From: Sphingomonadales bacterium
GTDB taxonomy: Bacteria; Pseudomonadota; Alphaproteobacteria; Sphingomonadales; Sphingomonadaceae
Assembly (NCBI GenBank): GCA_027485735.1
Contig: JAIXQM010000007.1
Coordinates: 36,007 to 100,006 of the forward strand
Length of the DNA stretch: 64,000 bases
Direction: 5' to 3'
Shown here one piece after another: positions 29,890-37,444 of the stretch (positions are counted from its first letter, which is position 1; each line of letters opens with the position of its first letter). A program made the position numbers and the translations under genes. Under the pieces are notes generated by a model. It did no database searches. It saw nothing but the letters and a program-made list of their open reading frames with translations, and had not been told where the DNA came from.

Positions 29890-30200
29890 TGCCAGCACCT
29901 CGTCGGGCACGGCACTCCGCAAACTCAGAAATAGATTATCACAGAGCGCGCTGCCTGCAAACAGGATGGCGACGCTGATAAATCTCAAAAATGAAAACAA
30001 ATGGTTAGATACATTCTGGGTACTACATTGCCGAAAGGACGCGATTTGCGGCGTGCCGCCGCACTGACCCTGCCGCTTTACGCCGTCCAAAAAAGAAACC
30101 ACAATCAATATCTTATGCAGAATTCTCCAGCAGCACAGCTGCGTAGGGTGTGACAATTTCAGCATTCGCCTGGCGCGCGTGTCTGCTGTGATCGCGGTGA
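29890..30200 (+). other. Putative oriT with predicted nic between T30151 and G30152 on the + strand
   Basis: AT-rich tract 29930-30130 in a 65% GC background. The IR GCAGC-ACA-GCTGC (30130-30142) is followed by GTAGGGTGT^GA. GCGTAGGGTGT^G compares with F GCGTGGGGTGT^G, R100 GCGTAGTGTGT^G and R388 GCGTATTGTCT^A. The IR-to-nic spacing of 9 nt is the same as in R388. A further IR GCGGCG-TGC-CGCCGC lies at 30048-30062. Confidence 0.6.
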
Positions 30201-30305
30201 TGGGCCGGCGGGGAAATGTGTGCCGAGACCGCGCGCGCGAGGGCGCGAACGCCGCAGACCGGCCCGAGCGCCAGCGCTAAGGCGGTGCAGGGTAATGAGC
30301 TCTCA

Positions 30306-30334
30306 GCAAAAAGAGGGGAGCTTTGCAGCTCCCC
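30306..30334 (-). terminator. Rho-independent terminator after the 73-aa gene
   Basis: 9-bp stem AGGGGAGCT/AGCTCCCCT with a 4-nt loop, followed on the minus strand by CTTTTTGCT. Confidence 0.7.
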
Positions 30335-30365
30335 TGGTGCAGTGATGACGGGTGTATGTTGAGGC

Positions 30366-30587
30366 TCAATAGAGCCCTGACATGCAGCCTGGTGCGGTGT
30401 GGCAGATGCGGTCGATGAGTGCCTGCTCCATCGGCCCGATATCGCCTTCGTCGATGACCTCGTAGCTGCCATCATCGAGGCCGATGACGTGATTATCGAA
30501 GGCCGATGTGCGGGTGCGTTCATAGGCGCGGGCAAGGGCTGCTTCAAACGCAGCAGCGCGTGCGGTTGCGGTGATCATATTGTCCAT
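30366..30587 (-). CDS. Hypothetical 73-aa protein, the leading-region gene nearest oriT
   Basis: ATG at 30587 behind GGAAAGGAG, with its own terminator. The product begins MDNMITATARAAAFEAALARAYE.... Confidence 0.55.
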   Translation of the reverse strand: MDNMITATARAAAFEAALARAYERTRTSAFDNHVIGLDDGSYEVIDEGDIGPMEQALIDRICHTAPGCMSGLY

Positions 30588-30633
30588 GGCGAAGCTCCTT
30601 TCCGATCGTCGCTCGTGCGACAGGGCAGCGCGG

Positions 30634-30832
30634 GACGGAGGCGTGAGGCAGGGGTCAGGGATCGCGCCTCGGCGCGACCGCGCAGCGGCGACGGGGGAAA
30701 CGATTTTTGCGGGCAGGAGCCGGGTCGCAGCACCGGCTATGCAGGAATGGAACCGAGCCCGGATCGGCCCGGTTCCTGCCCGCAAAAATGGTGGGGCCCG
30801 GTCGTCCTTGAGGCCTGCCTCACGCCTCCGTC
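30634..30832. repeat. 199-nt nested inverted repeat (long imperfect hairpin or three-way junction)
   Basis: Outer arms 30634-30652 and 30814-30832 are perfect 19-bp complements. Inner arms 30703-30727 and 30765-30789 pair over 25 bp with two G-T pairs. There is a side hairpin GCGCC-TC-GGCGC at 30664-30675. Confidence 0.85.
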
Positions 30833-31047
30833 ATGCTGGGAGGCCAGCTGAAAAGGCGTGGGTTGAACAGGCCTTGTCGTCGCGCCCCAGGCGGCAGTCG
30901 CAGCGCCGCTGAACCTTCACAAGCCGGGCGCGCGCTGGCTCCACGCTGCTGCTCGCCCGTGCGCAGATCAGATACTTGCCCGTCGCAAGTTCTGGTGGCA
31001 GTCTTAGCGCTGGTCCAAAGTCCGATCCTGATCGGAAGGGACTTTTT

Positions 31048-31383
31048 ATGCCTACACGTAAGTTCCAGGGTCTGGCAGCGCTGCTGCAGATCGATGCCGA
31101 GCGCGATGCGCTTGAGGTGCGCGCCAGGGCTGCGCGAACAGCGGCGGCATCCGAACTGGGCGACGCCGTGCTCGACGCCGTCGGGCCGGCGTTTGCGCCA
31201 AGCCAAATTGCCGAGTTGCTGCGGGCAGCCCAGCGGCTCGGGTTTACCGAAGCCATGGCGTTGATGGGCGCCGCACTGCCAGCACACAAGGTCAACAACA
31301 GCCGTGACGGAACAGCCGGCAATCGCCGGAGCATAAGCGCAGAAAAACATGCCGCCACCGGAGCTGATCATGCCGCCCCTTGA
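31048..31383 (+). CDS. Hypothetical 111-aa helical protein (possibly a Ti TraC-like Dtr accessory protein; weak)
   Basis: ATG at 31048 behind GGAAGGGA. The sequence is Ala/Arg/Glu-rich (ERDALEVRARAARTAAASELGDAVL) with a low-complexity tail. Confidence 0.45.
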   Translation: MPTRKFQGLAALLQIDAERDALEVRARAARTAAASELGDAVLDAVGPAFAPSQIAELLRAAQRLGFTEAMALMGAALPAHKVNNSRDGTAGNRRSISAEKHAATGADHAAP

Positions 31384-31609
31384 GCGCGGCGACATGGTCA
31401 AGCTGCGGATCGGGGATGTGCTCGCCGATCCAGCCGCAAGCGACTGGCTCAAGGCCGCGCTGGCGGCCGCCGTGGCGCGCGATCCGGTCGATGCGGCGCA
31501 TGATGCCAGCGTTCTCCATGATCTTCTCGATGCGCGCTGTGCGCAGCTGCTGGCGCTGGATCAGGACAATGCAGACCAGCCTTCCCTGCCTTTCAGCAGC
31601 GCAGTCTGA
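31349..31609 (+). CDS. Hypothetical small protein (start uncertain: 31349, 31370 or 31394)
   Basis: The product contains ...MVKLRIGDVLADPAASDWLKAALAAAVARDPVDAAHDASVLHDLL.... It overlaps the previous ORF. Confidence 0.4.
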   Translation: MPPPELIMPPLERGDMVKLRIGDVLADPAASDWLKAALAAAVARDPVDAAHDASVLHDLLDARCAQLLALDQDNADQPSLPFSSAV

Positions 31610-31767
31610 CGAGCATATGATTGCGTAGAACATCGGCCCGCGCACCCCTTCGGCGGGCGATGCGAAAGATGATCGGGGTGAAGGAAACCGGGCCGCGCCT
31701 CAGCGCGTGGCGGTTGATTCGAACCGCGGAGTTGCGCGAGTGCGCGGAGATATTGAGCCGTGTCGCA

Positions 31768-32133
31768 TTAGCTTGCAGGTGGGGCGATGTGATCCAGCCG
31801 CTGCTCGAGCCTGGTCCCAACCATCATCCAGCGCTGTGGCGCGATGGCGCGGGCCCAGTCGGTGAAGCTGGGGATATGGCCCAGATCCTCGCGGACATGG
31901 TCCTCGCCGATCAGGCGGACAGGGACGGCGCGGCCATCGCTGTTCGTGATAGTCGTGCCGAATATCGCCTCAGCCAAAAAAATGCCTTCGGCATGGTGGC
32001 GCAGTGCCCGGTGTCGGAAGTCGGCGTGATGGGCCTTGGACTGATCAAACCAGTCGTGGATCGGCTGATAGTCGACGGCAACACCGCCATAGCGGCGTAC
32101 GCTGGCCAGCGCGTGGTGATAACAGTGAGCCAT
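31768..32133 (-). CDS. Conserved hypothetical protein (121 aa; recalled as DUF6915-like)
   Basis: The product begins MAHCYHHALASVRRYGGVAVDYQPIHDWFDQSKAHHADFRHRALRHHAEGIF.... The family assignment is from memory only. Confidence 0.6.
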   Translation of the reverse strand: MAHCYHHALASVRRYGGVAVDYQPIHDWFDQSKAHHADFRHRALRHHAEGIFLAEAIFGTTITNSDGRAVPVRLIGEDHVREDLGHIPSFTDWARAIAPQRWMMVGTRLEQRLDHIAPPAS

Positions 32134-32136
32134 GGC

Positions 32137-32643
32137 TCAGAACTCGGCGTGGTCATAGCTGACCGACTTGGTGCCATGGCTCAGGGTGATCCTGGCCTCC
32201 GCCACGCAAAAGCTGACAGTGCCTGTGGCGCCGTCATTGTTCTCCTACCCGGCAAAACGGCGTTCGATAACGTCAAGCGCGAACGCCTCGATGGCATCTG
32301 ACAACGCTAGCTCCTGCTCGTTGACATTGGTGCCATTCCAGTTGGTCGACTGCAGTGTGATCATGGCCGACGGTAGTTCGATAGCGCTGTTGTTCGGGCC
32401 GAGACAACGCAGTTCTTCGATGCCGCCGCTGTCACCTTCGCCATAATAAGTGACCTCGATCTCGACGATGCCGGCAGCAGCCAGCACCGGAAAGAGCCGT
32501 GCCTTGTTGATGGCGATGCACGCTTCGAGCGTGCGGGACTGCTGCGCCATGTCGGCAAGAATCTGTTCAACTGCGATCGGGACCGCGTTCGACACGGGCA
32601 GCGTTACAGGCGAGGGGGCAGGTTCTTCGGGCAGGGTGGACAT
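32137..32643 (-). pseudogene. 168-codon gene (recalled as DUF6878-like) interrupted by an in-frame TAG at 32245-32247
   Basis: ATG at 32643 behind GGAGA. The 132-aa ORF ends ...VIERRFAG-TAG. The same frame continues ENNDGATGTVSFCVAEARITLSHGTKSVSYDHAEF-TGA, ending 3 nt before the next gene. Confidence 0.6.
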
Positions 32644-32894
32644 GGTCGGTCTCCAGCGAGCCTGATTGCTCACCCGGCATCAGCCCCCTCCCCTTTCCAT
32701 GGACGGTTGCGTTGCATTGCACCCAACATTGTGGGCGCAGGATTTACGACGCGCCAAACAACGCCAATGGGCGATATGGCAGGAATATTTGCTTCGACCC
32801 CAATCACGCCGCAATCAGCCACGCATCATCGTCGGGATCCGGTCACACTTTGGCACGGCGCAGACACAGGGTGCGGTGGGGATCATGAGCGCCC

Positions 32895-33575
32895 TTATGC
32901 TGGCACCACGGGTCTGGCTGCCGGTTCAGCCACCCAGCGCATTCCACGCGGCAACGTGGCGCGCGAGACCATATCGATGCGGAACCAGTCTGCAGCAAAG
33001 CCGCACACATCGTCGAACGGGATGCCCGGCGGAGGCCCGGCCTGGCCGCCGCGCATATCGAGCGTCAGCTGGCCGTCGAAGGTGACGCTGTGGCCGGAGC
33101 CCCAGAGATAGTCGATGATGCCGATCTGGAAGCGGCCGCGGACGCTGATCGCAGCATAGGGCGGGGAGGGAAGGCAGAAATCGTCGTGCACGCACCCGGC
33201 GATCGCGAGATGGCCGCCATAACTGGCATTGTCGAACAACTCGACGAGCTGCGTGTCGCTGAGCAACGGGGGCTGGCTCTTGCTGGCCTTGACACGAAGT
33301 GCGCGCCAGCTGCTGGCATGCTCATGGCGATGCCGCCACGGGCCGGTGTTCCCGATATCGGGGCGGCGGTCGGTTGGGCGGATGCCAGTGCGGGTTTCAA
33401 CAAGGTCGAGGAAATGCCCCTTGGAGACGTTCAAGAAGGTGAGCGTCCGTGCCAGTGCACTATTGGGCAGAACATGGGCCAGCCCGAAACATGGCGCGCT
33501 GGCTTCGAGGCGATCATCCTCGATGTTCATGAATTGGGGCAGACAAGGCAGGATGGCGATTTCGCGGCGCGGCAT
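32895..33575 (-). CDS. Hypothetical 226-aa protein
   Basis: ATG at 33575 behind GGAGA. The product begins MPRREIAILPCLPQFMNIEDDRLE.... No motif was recognised. Confidence 0.5.
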   Translation of the reverse strand: MPRREIAILPCLPQFMNIEDDRLEASAPCFGLAHVLPNSALARTLTFLNVSKGHFLDLVETRTGIRPTDRRPDIGNTGPWRHRHEHASSWRALRVKASKSQPPLLSDTQLVELFDNASYGGHLAIAGCVHDDFCLPSPPYAAISVRGRFQIGIIDYLWGSGHSVTFDGQLTLDMRGGQAGPPPGIPFDDVCGFAADWFRIDMVSRATLPRGMRWVAEPAARPVVPA

Positions 33576-33644
33576 GGCGTGTCTCCGATTGTACGGCCAG
33601 CTCGTCTGGCCTGCCCCGGCCCCGCTTCCTCCTCTCCAGCCGGA

Positions 33645-33679
33645 CAAACGAAAAGCCGCCCGGCGGCAGCGGCCGGGCG
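33645..33679 (-). terminator. Rho-independent terminator after parE
   Basis: 8-bp stem CGCCCGGC/GCCGGGCG followed on the minus strand by CTTTTCGTTTG. Confidence 0.65.
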
Positions 33680-33715
33680 ACTCTGTGTATGCCAATACGA
33701 CTTTGCTGCTCGTAA

Positions 33716-34012
33716 TCAGCGCGGGAACAGAATCGTTTCGTAATCCTGCGCGCCGTTCAGGATATGGAGAATCACCACCCGGTCCGCCTCGACCTGATAG
33801 AAGATGAGATAATTGCCGTGAATCCGGCGTCGGACATTGTGCGCGGCATAGCGCGGAACGACCGGGAAGCGTTCGGGGAATGTCGCAAGCCCAACGCAGC
33901 CATCAAGCAGTTCGGCGATAAAGCTGGTGGCGCGTTCCGGATTGTCGCGTGCAATATAGTCGCCGATTGCTTCAAGGTCGCCCTCCGCCTCCTCGGTCAA
34001 AACAACGATCAT
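33716..34012 (-). CDS. parE: ParE/RelE-family toxin
   Basis: 98 aa; MIVVLTEEAEGDLEAIGDYIARDNPERA...YLIFYQVEADRVVILHILNGAQDY is a ParE-like pattern. Confidence 0.8.
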   Translation of the reverse strand: MIVVLTEEAEGDLEAIGDYIARDNPERATSFIAELLDGCVGLATFPERFPVVPRYAAHNVRRRIHGNYLIFYQVEADRVVILHILNGAQDYETILFPR

Positions 34013-34019
34013 GCGATCA

Positions 34020-34277
34020 TCATTCAGAAGTGCGGGCCATCGCACGGTACTTGGCGTCCAACCTGTCGAATACGTCAACTGCAGGCGTGATGCGCGCGGC
34101 GCCGGCGTCGGCGAGGCTCCGGCCGATCGACGCGTCAAGCGCTGCGAGCCTCGTCTCCCTGTCCTGGATCAGTCGCACGCCTTCCCGCAGAATTTCGCTT
34201 TTCGAGTTGTAGCGACCGGTTGCCACGAGGTGCGCTACATAGGCCTCCAGCCGATCGCCAAGGTCAGCACTGATCAT
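34020..34277 (-). CDS. parD: ParD-family antitoxin
   Basis: 85 aa; MISADLGDRLEAYVAHLVATGRYNSKSEILREGVRLIQDRE is a ParD/RHH pattern. It lies 7 nt upstream of parE. Confidence 0.8.
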   Translation of the reverse strand: MISADLGDRLEAYVAHLVATGRYNSKSEILREGVRLIQDRETRLAALDASIGRSLADAGAARITPAVDVFDRLDAKYRAMARTSE

Positions 34278-34360
34278 GTGATGTCTCCTCTTCGGCAATT
34301 GTAGACGATTATCAACTGTTATCAAGACTGCCGGACTGAAGCGGATCAATCGATGGAAAT

Positions 34361-34387
34361 CTGCCCCGGCGCGCAGCACCGGGGCAG
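34361..34387 (-). terminator. Hairpin terminator after ssb
   Basis: 9-bp stem CTGCCCCGG/CCGGGGCAG lying 9 nt downstream of the ssb stop. Confidence 0.55.
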
Positions 34388-34395
34388 AAAGCGGC

Positions 34396-34776
34396 TCAGA
34401 ACGGAACTTCTTCATCGCCTGAGCCGGCACTGTCGGCGGCGCTGCCGGTGGGTGCTTTGCTGAGGAACTCGACCTCGCTGGCATAGATGTCGACGCCGTA
34501 GCGGGTCTGCCCGGCCTGATCAGTCCACTTGCTGTAGTGGAGCCGACCTTGAACAGAGACCTTCATGCCTTTGCGGACGTATTGGGCGATGGTTTTGCCC
34601 AGCCCGCTGAAGGCGGTGATACGATGCCATTCGGTCTGTTCGACGAGATCACCGGCATCGTTTCGGTAGCGGCGTGAGGTGGCGACCGAGAAGCTGGTGA
34701 TGCTGGTGCCGCCCTGGGCGTTGCGGCTTTCGGGGTCGGCGCCGACATTCCCGACAAGGATGACGATATTGGTCAT
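34396..34776 (-). CDS. ssb: Single-stranded DNA-binding protein
   Basis: MTNIVILVGNVGADPE...TEWHRI... OB fold and an acidic tail ending DEEVPF. Confidence 0.9.
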   Translation of the reverse strand: MTNIVILVGNVGADPESRNAQGGTSITSFSVATSRRYRNDAGDLVEQTEWHRITAFSGLGKTIAQYVRKGMKVSVQGRLHYSKWTDQAGQTRYGVDIYASEVEFLSKAPTGSAADSAGSGDEEVPF

Positions 34777-34976
34777 GGGACTGCTCCTGTTCTGGTGCGC
34801 CGGGACCATCCCGGCGACGGCTGACGATGGGAGACGCAGCGGGGATGCCAGACACCGAGCAGGGCGAGGGAAACCCCGGCGGCGGGGGGTGGTGCGGGCC
34901 GCCGGTCCCCCGGCCTGCCGGAGAGGACCGGCAACACGGCCCCGCCGGCGGAGTTGTCGGGCAACCGCGCAGTGGC

Positions 34977-35489
34977 TCAGACAGGCCGGTCGCTGGGTGC
35001 GTTCTGGAGCTCGAACAGACTGGTCCTGACCATCCATCGCGTATCGGGCAAATGTAGCCGCCAGCCCGATTGCGGCCTGGACCGGGAGTGACACAGCCCA
35101 AGCAGGTTCACACTGGTCACGACCGTCTCACCGAGCGCTTCGATGCCATAGGCCACAAGCCGGGTAGTCGTGGCATCAACCGTCTGGCCCGTGGCAAGGG
35201 CCATATAGCGCACAATCCGTGCCAGCACGGCAACGAACAGGCCGAATAAGTTGGCGCGCAGCAGCGTGAGAGCAGGCTGGCCGGACGCTTCCTCGGTCGT
35301 TGTCGGGTTGCCGTAGCGGAGTTCCTCGATGGGTAACGTGACCAGCCGTACCAGTGATCGAGAATCACGAGGCCCGGTTCGGGCGACCGCAGCCCAGCAG
35401 CGTTTGCAGCCGGCGAAGAACGACGTGCCATGGTCATTCCTCTCCAAGGAAACGGAGCAGCTCGTCGGTCGTGTCGAAGCCGCGGACAA
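34977..35489 (-). CDS. Hypothetical 170-aa protein overlapping the upstream gene by 56 nt
   Basis: My position-specific GC counts in 35221-35340 are 65/47/80% for codon positions 1/2/3, and position 3 is 75% in 34981-35100. Both fit this minus-strand frame. The only in-frame start is the ATG at 35489. Confidence 0.45.
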   Translation of the reverse strand: MSAASTRPTSCSVSLERNDHGTSFFAGCKRCWAAVARTGPRDSRSLVRLVTLPIEELRYGNPTTTEEASGQPALTLLRANLFGLFVAVLARIVRYMALATGQTVDATTTRLVAYGIEALGETVVTSVNLLGLCHSRSRPQSGWRLHLPDTRWMVRTSLFELQNAPSDRPV

Positions 35490-35859
35490 TCGGACGACTG
35501 ATGCAGACTCTGCTGCCCACCGGGATCCAGCGGATCAAGGCCAGCAAATCGTCGGTGCTGACAGTCGCCGGGCCATCATCCTCGTGACCGGTATCGCCGA
35601 TCAGCACGCCGCGCCCCGCAAAGGTTCGCCCGTCAAGCTCGAAGTAAGCCTGCTCGCTCTTCAAAAAGCCTTCATCATCGACGACCAGCAGATGGTTGGC
35701 TAGTGTATTGACCATGGTGATGTCGAAACAGGTGACCGGCGTGCTATGCAGGCCGTGGGGCGAAGTGCCGGACAGGAGGCGATAGTAATCTTTATAACCG
35801 GCAAGCTTACTGGTGGCGACTATCGTCTGGGTCCACGGATCGATCAGGATGACGCGCAT
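35434..35859 (-). CDS. DUF3846-like protein (141 aa)
   Basis: The product begins MRVILIDPWTQTIVATSKLAGYKDYYRLL..., resembling the DUF3846 N-terminus common on plasmids and ICEs. Confidence 0.6.
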   Translation of the reverse strand: MRVILIDPWTQTIVATSKLAGYKDYYRLLSGTSPHGLHSTPVTCFDITMVNTLANHLLVVDDEGFLKSEQAYFELDGRTFAGRGVLIGDTGHEDDGPATVSTDDLLALIRWIPVGSRVCISRPIVRGFDTTDELLRFLGEE

Positions 35860-35939
35860 GGGGGTTCTCCATTCGCCCGACCATCGGGCATCCCTGCCTG
35901 GTCGCCTCCACTCTCATCGGCGGCCCTGACCGCTGAAGG

Positions 35940-36374
35940 TCAGCACCGTTCGGTGCGTGGGCATGCGGTGCTTCCCGCAACGGCCGCCACTGTGTGATCG
36001 GCCGGATCGAGGGTGAACAGACGGTCAAAGATATCGATGTCCCGGCGGGCAAGGAGGCCACGGTTGTCAGGGACCGTTTGAAGCGCGTCGCTGACAAACA
36101 TGGCCACTGCAATCGGGATGTCACCGGTCAGAAAGGCCTTGCGCACGGCGAACAGGGTGCAATGCGCCAGCTTCTTGAACGGGCCAAAAACTGCAAATCT
36201 GCTTGGGATGAAAGATGCCGGACGCGCCTCGGCACATCCGGCATCAGCAAGTTCAACCCGCCGTGGCAGTTTGCGCGCGATTGATTGGACCGCGCCGGTC
36301 GACCACGGTGATGCCGGCGCGTTTGGCATCGATGACAAGGCGCTCAAGGACGCCGGATCCGGGATAGGCGACAA
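35940..36374 (-). CDS. Possible hypothetical protein; strand and start unresolved
   Basis: Codon-position GC is symmetric (70/40/70%), so it fits this minus ORF and the antisense + ORF 35994..36284 equally well. Context favours the minus strand. The ORF overlaps the upstream gene by 122 nt unless it uses an internal start. Confidence 0.3.
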   Translation of the reverse strand: MSPIPDPASLSALSSMPNAPASPWSTGAVQSIARKLPRRVELADAGCAEARPASFIPSRFAVFGPFKKLAHCTLFAVRKAFLTGDIPIAVAMFVSDALQTVPDNRGLLARRDIDIFDRLFTLDPADHTVAAVAGSTACPRTERC

Positions 36375-37185
36375 GGTAGCGGGGGTTCAACGCAATGAAC
36401 TGCTCATTGCGCCGGAACCCGGCCCGGTTGCCGAGCTTCAGGTTCAGCCGGAACACAAGCTGCGGCACACCGCGATGCTCGGCCCAACGCGACGCAAAGC
36501 GGTCAAGCCCATCGCTGTCGCCACCGTGCACGAGCAGCATGTCGCCGACCCGGTCGCGAATCTTGTCGAGTGTCGTGAACAGACGGTCGATGAAGGCAGT
36601 GGCGTCAGCATCGCTGATCTTGATCCGTCCACCGGCAAACACCACCGGGGTGCCGGCCGGCAACCGGGCGGCGCGGCGCTGTTCAGCGCGCGTTCTGAGA
36701 TAGGTCTGCCCATCAACCATGGCGGCAGTCATGTTGAGGCGGGTCCGCGAAGCGCCCCAGGCCTGCCAGCTGTGGCCGGTGTCGATCAGATAGAGCCCCG
36801 CAGCGGTTTCGCGCATCGCCTGCAGACAGGCCAGCTTCGTCTCCGCGACGCGTGCGGCGCTGATCGCCTCTTCGAGATTGCCGGCCGCCACTTCCGAGCC
36901 GTCCTGCTCGCTCAGCAGCAGGCGGACCTTGTCAGTCGCACTGTCGAGGCGCTTTTCCTCGCGCTCGGCGGCGCGGTGGAAGGCGTTGACAAAGCCCCAC
37001 CCGATATCGCTCACGGTCTGTTCCAGGGCCGTGCCAGCCAGCACACTGCTGATCTCGGTCCAGGCCGCAGTGATGGCGTGTGACATCGCACCGTCATCGG
37101 GCATCTCGTCAGGCGCTGGCGCGTCAGCGAACTGCATCTGCTGGAGATCGAGGCCTTCAAGCTGTTCGAGAATGGTTCTGGTCAT
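36253..37185 (-). CDS. DUF2493 (SLOG-like) domain protein with an N-terminal helical domain
   Basis: The C-terminus DMLLVHGGDSDGLDRFASRWAEHRGVPQLVF...GFRRNEQFI...AYPGSG matches the DUF2493 pattern. ATG at 37185 behind GGGAGA. Confidence 0.7.
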   Translation of the reverse strand: MTRTILEQLEGLDLQQMQFADAPAPDEMPDDGAMSHAITAAWTEISSVLAGTALEQTVSDIGWGFVNAFHRAAEREEKRLDSATDKVRLLLSEQDGSEVAAGNLEEAISAARVAETKLACLQAMRETAAGLYLIDTGHSWQAWGASRTRLNMTAAMVDGQTYLRTRAEQRRAARLPAGTPVVFAGGRIKISDADATAFIDRLFTTLDKIRDRVGDMLLVHGGDSDGLDRFASRWAEHRGVPQLVFRLNLKLGNRAGFRRNEQFIALNPRYLVAYPGSGVLERLVIDAKRAGITVVDRRGPINRAQTATAG

Positions 37186-37300
37186 GCTGTGTCTCCCGTC
37201 TGGCGCCCGCGCCTGTTCGCCGGCGTGAGCCCATCCGGGACGGTGGCTCGGACGGGCTGCCAAGGACGCGCGGCACGCGCGCCTACGGGCGGTGGGGGAG

Positions 37301-37345
37301 CCGATTTTGCGGCCGGATTGCGCGGCAATCTGGCCGCAAAATTGG
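37301..37345. repeat. 45-nt hairpin between ardC and the DUF2493 gene
   Basis: Stem of about 20 bp, ccGATTTTGCGGCCGGATTGC-gcg-GCAATCTGGCCGCAAAATTgg, with two G-T pairs and a 3-nt loop. No T-run follows on either strand. Confidence 0.8.
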
Positions 37346-37444
37346 GGGGACCGCCGATCCTTGCGGCCCGGTCGGGCTGCCGTCAGGGCTCACCTCTCGC
37401 CGGCATGGCGCGGTCGTCAGACAGTTAAGGCCGTGATCCACTTC

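Noticed and set aside
30113-30547. 144-aa minus ORF crossing the oriT-proximal region.
   Set aside because: It runs through the predicted terminator hairpin (30313-30334) and is out of frame with the better-supported 73-aa gene, which has its own RBS. Its composition is Ala/Ser/Pro/His-rich junk.
30820-31452. 210-aa minus ORF antisense to 31048-31383, whose apparent third-position GC (88%) is higher than that of the + frame (75%).
   Set aside because: The signal is explained by the Ala/Gly/Glu/Asp/Val-rich + strand product, whose codons start with G. The minus product is Arg/Cys/Trp/Gly-rich and implausible. The strand call remains only moderately confident.
34798-34976. Cluster of short GC-rich hairpins upstream of ssb (for example CGCCGGG-ACCAT-CCCGGCG at 34798-34816 and CCGGCGGC...GCCGCCGG near 34876-34905), considered as another ssDNA promoter.
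   Set aside because: The stems are short (7-8 bp) and of the kind expected by chance in 70% GC sequence. There is no long continuous pairing comparable to 30634-30832.
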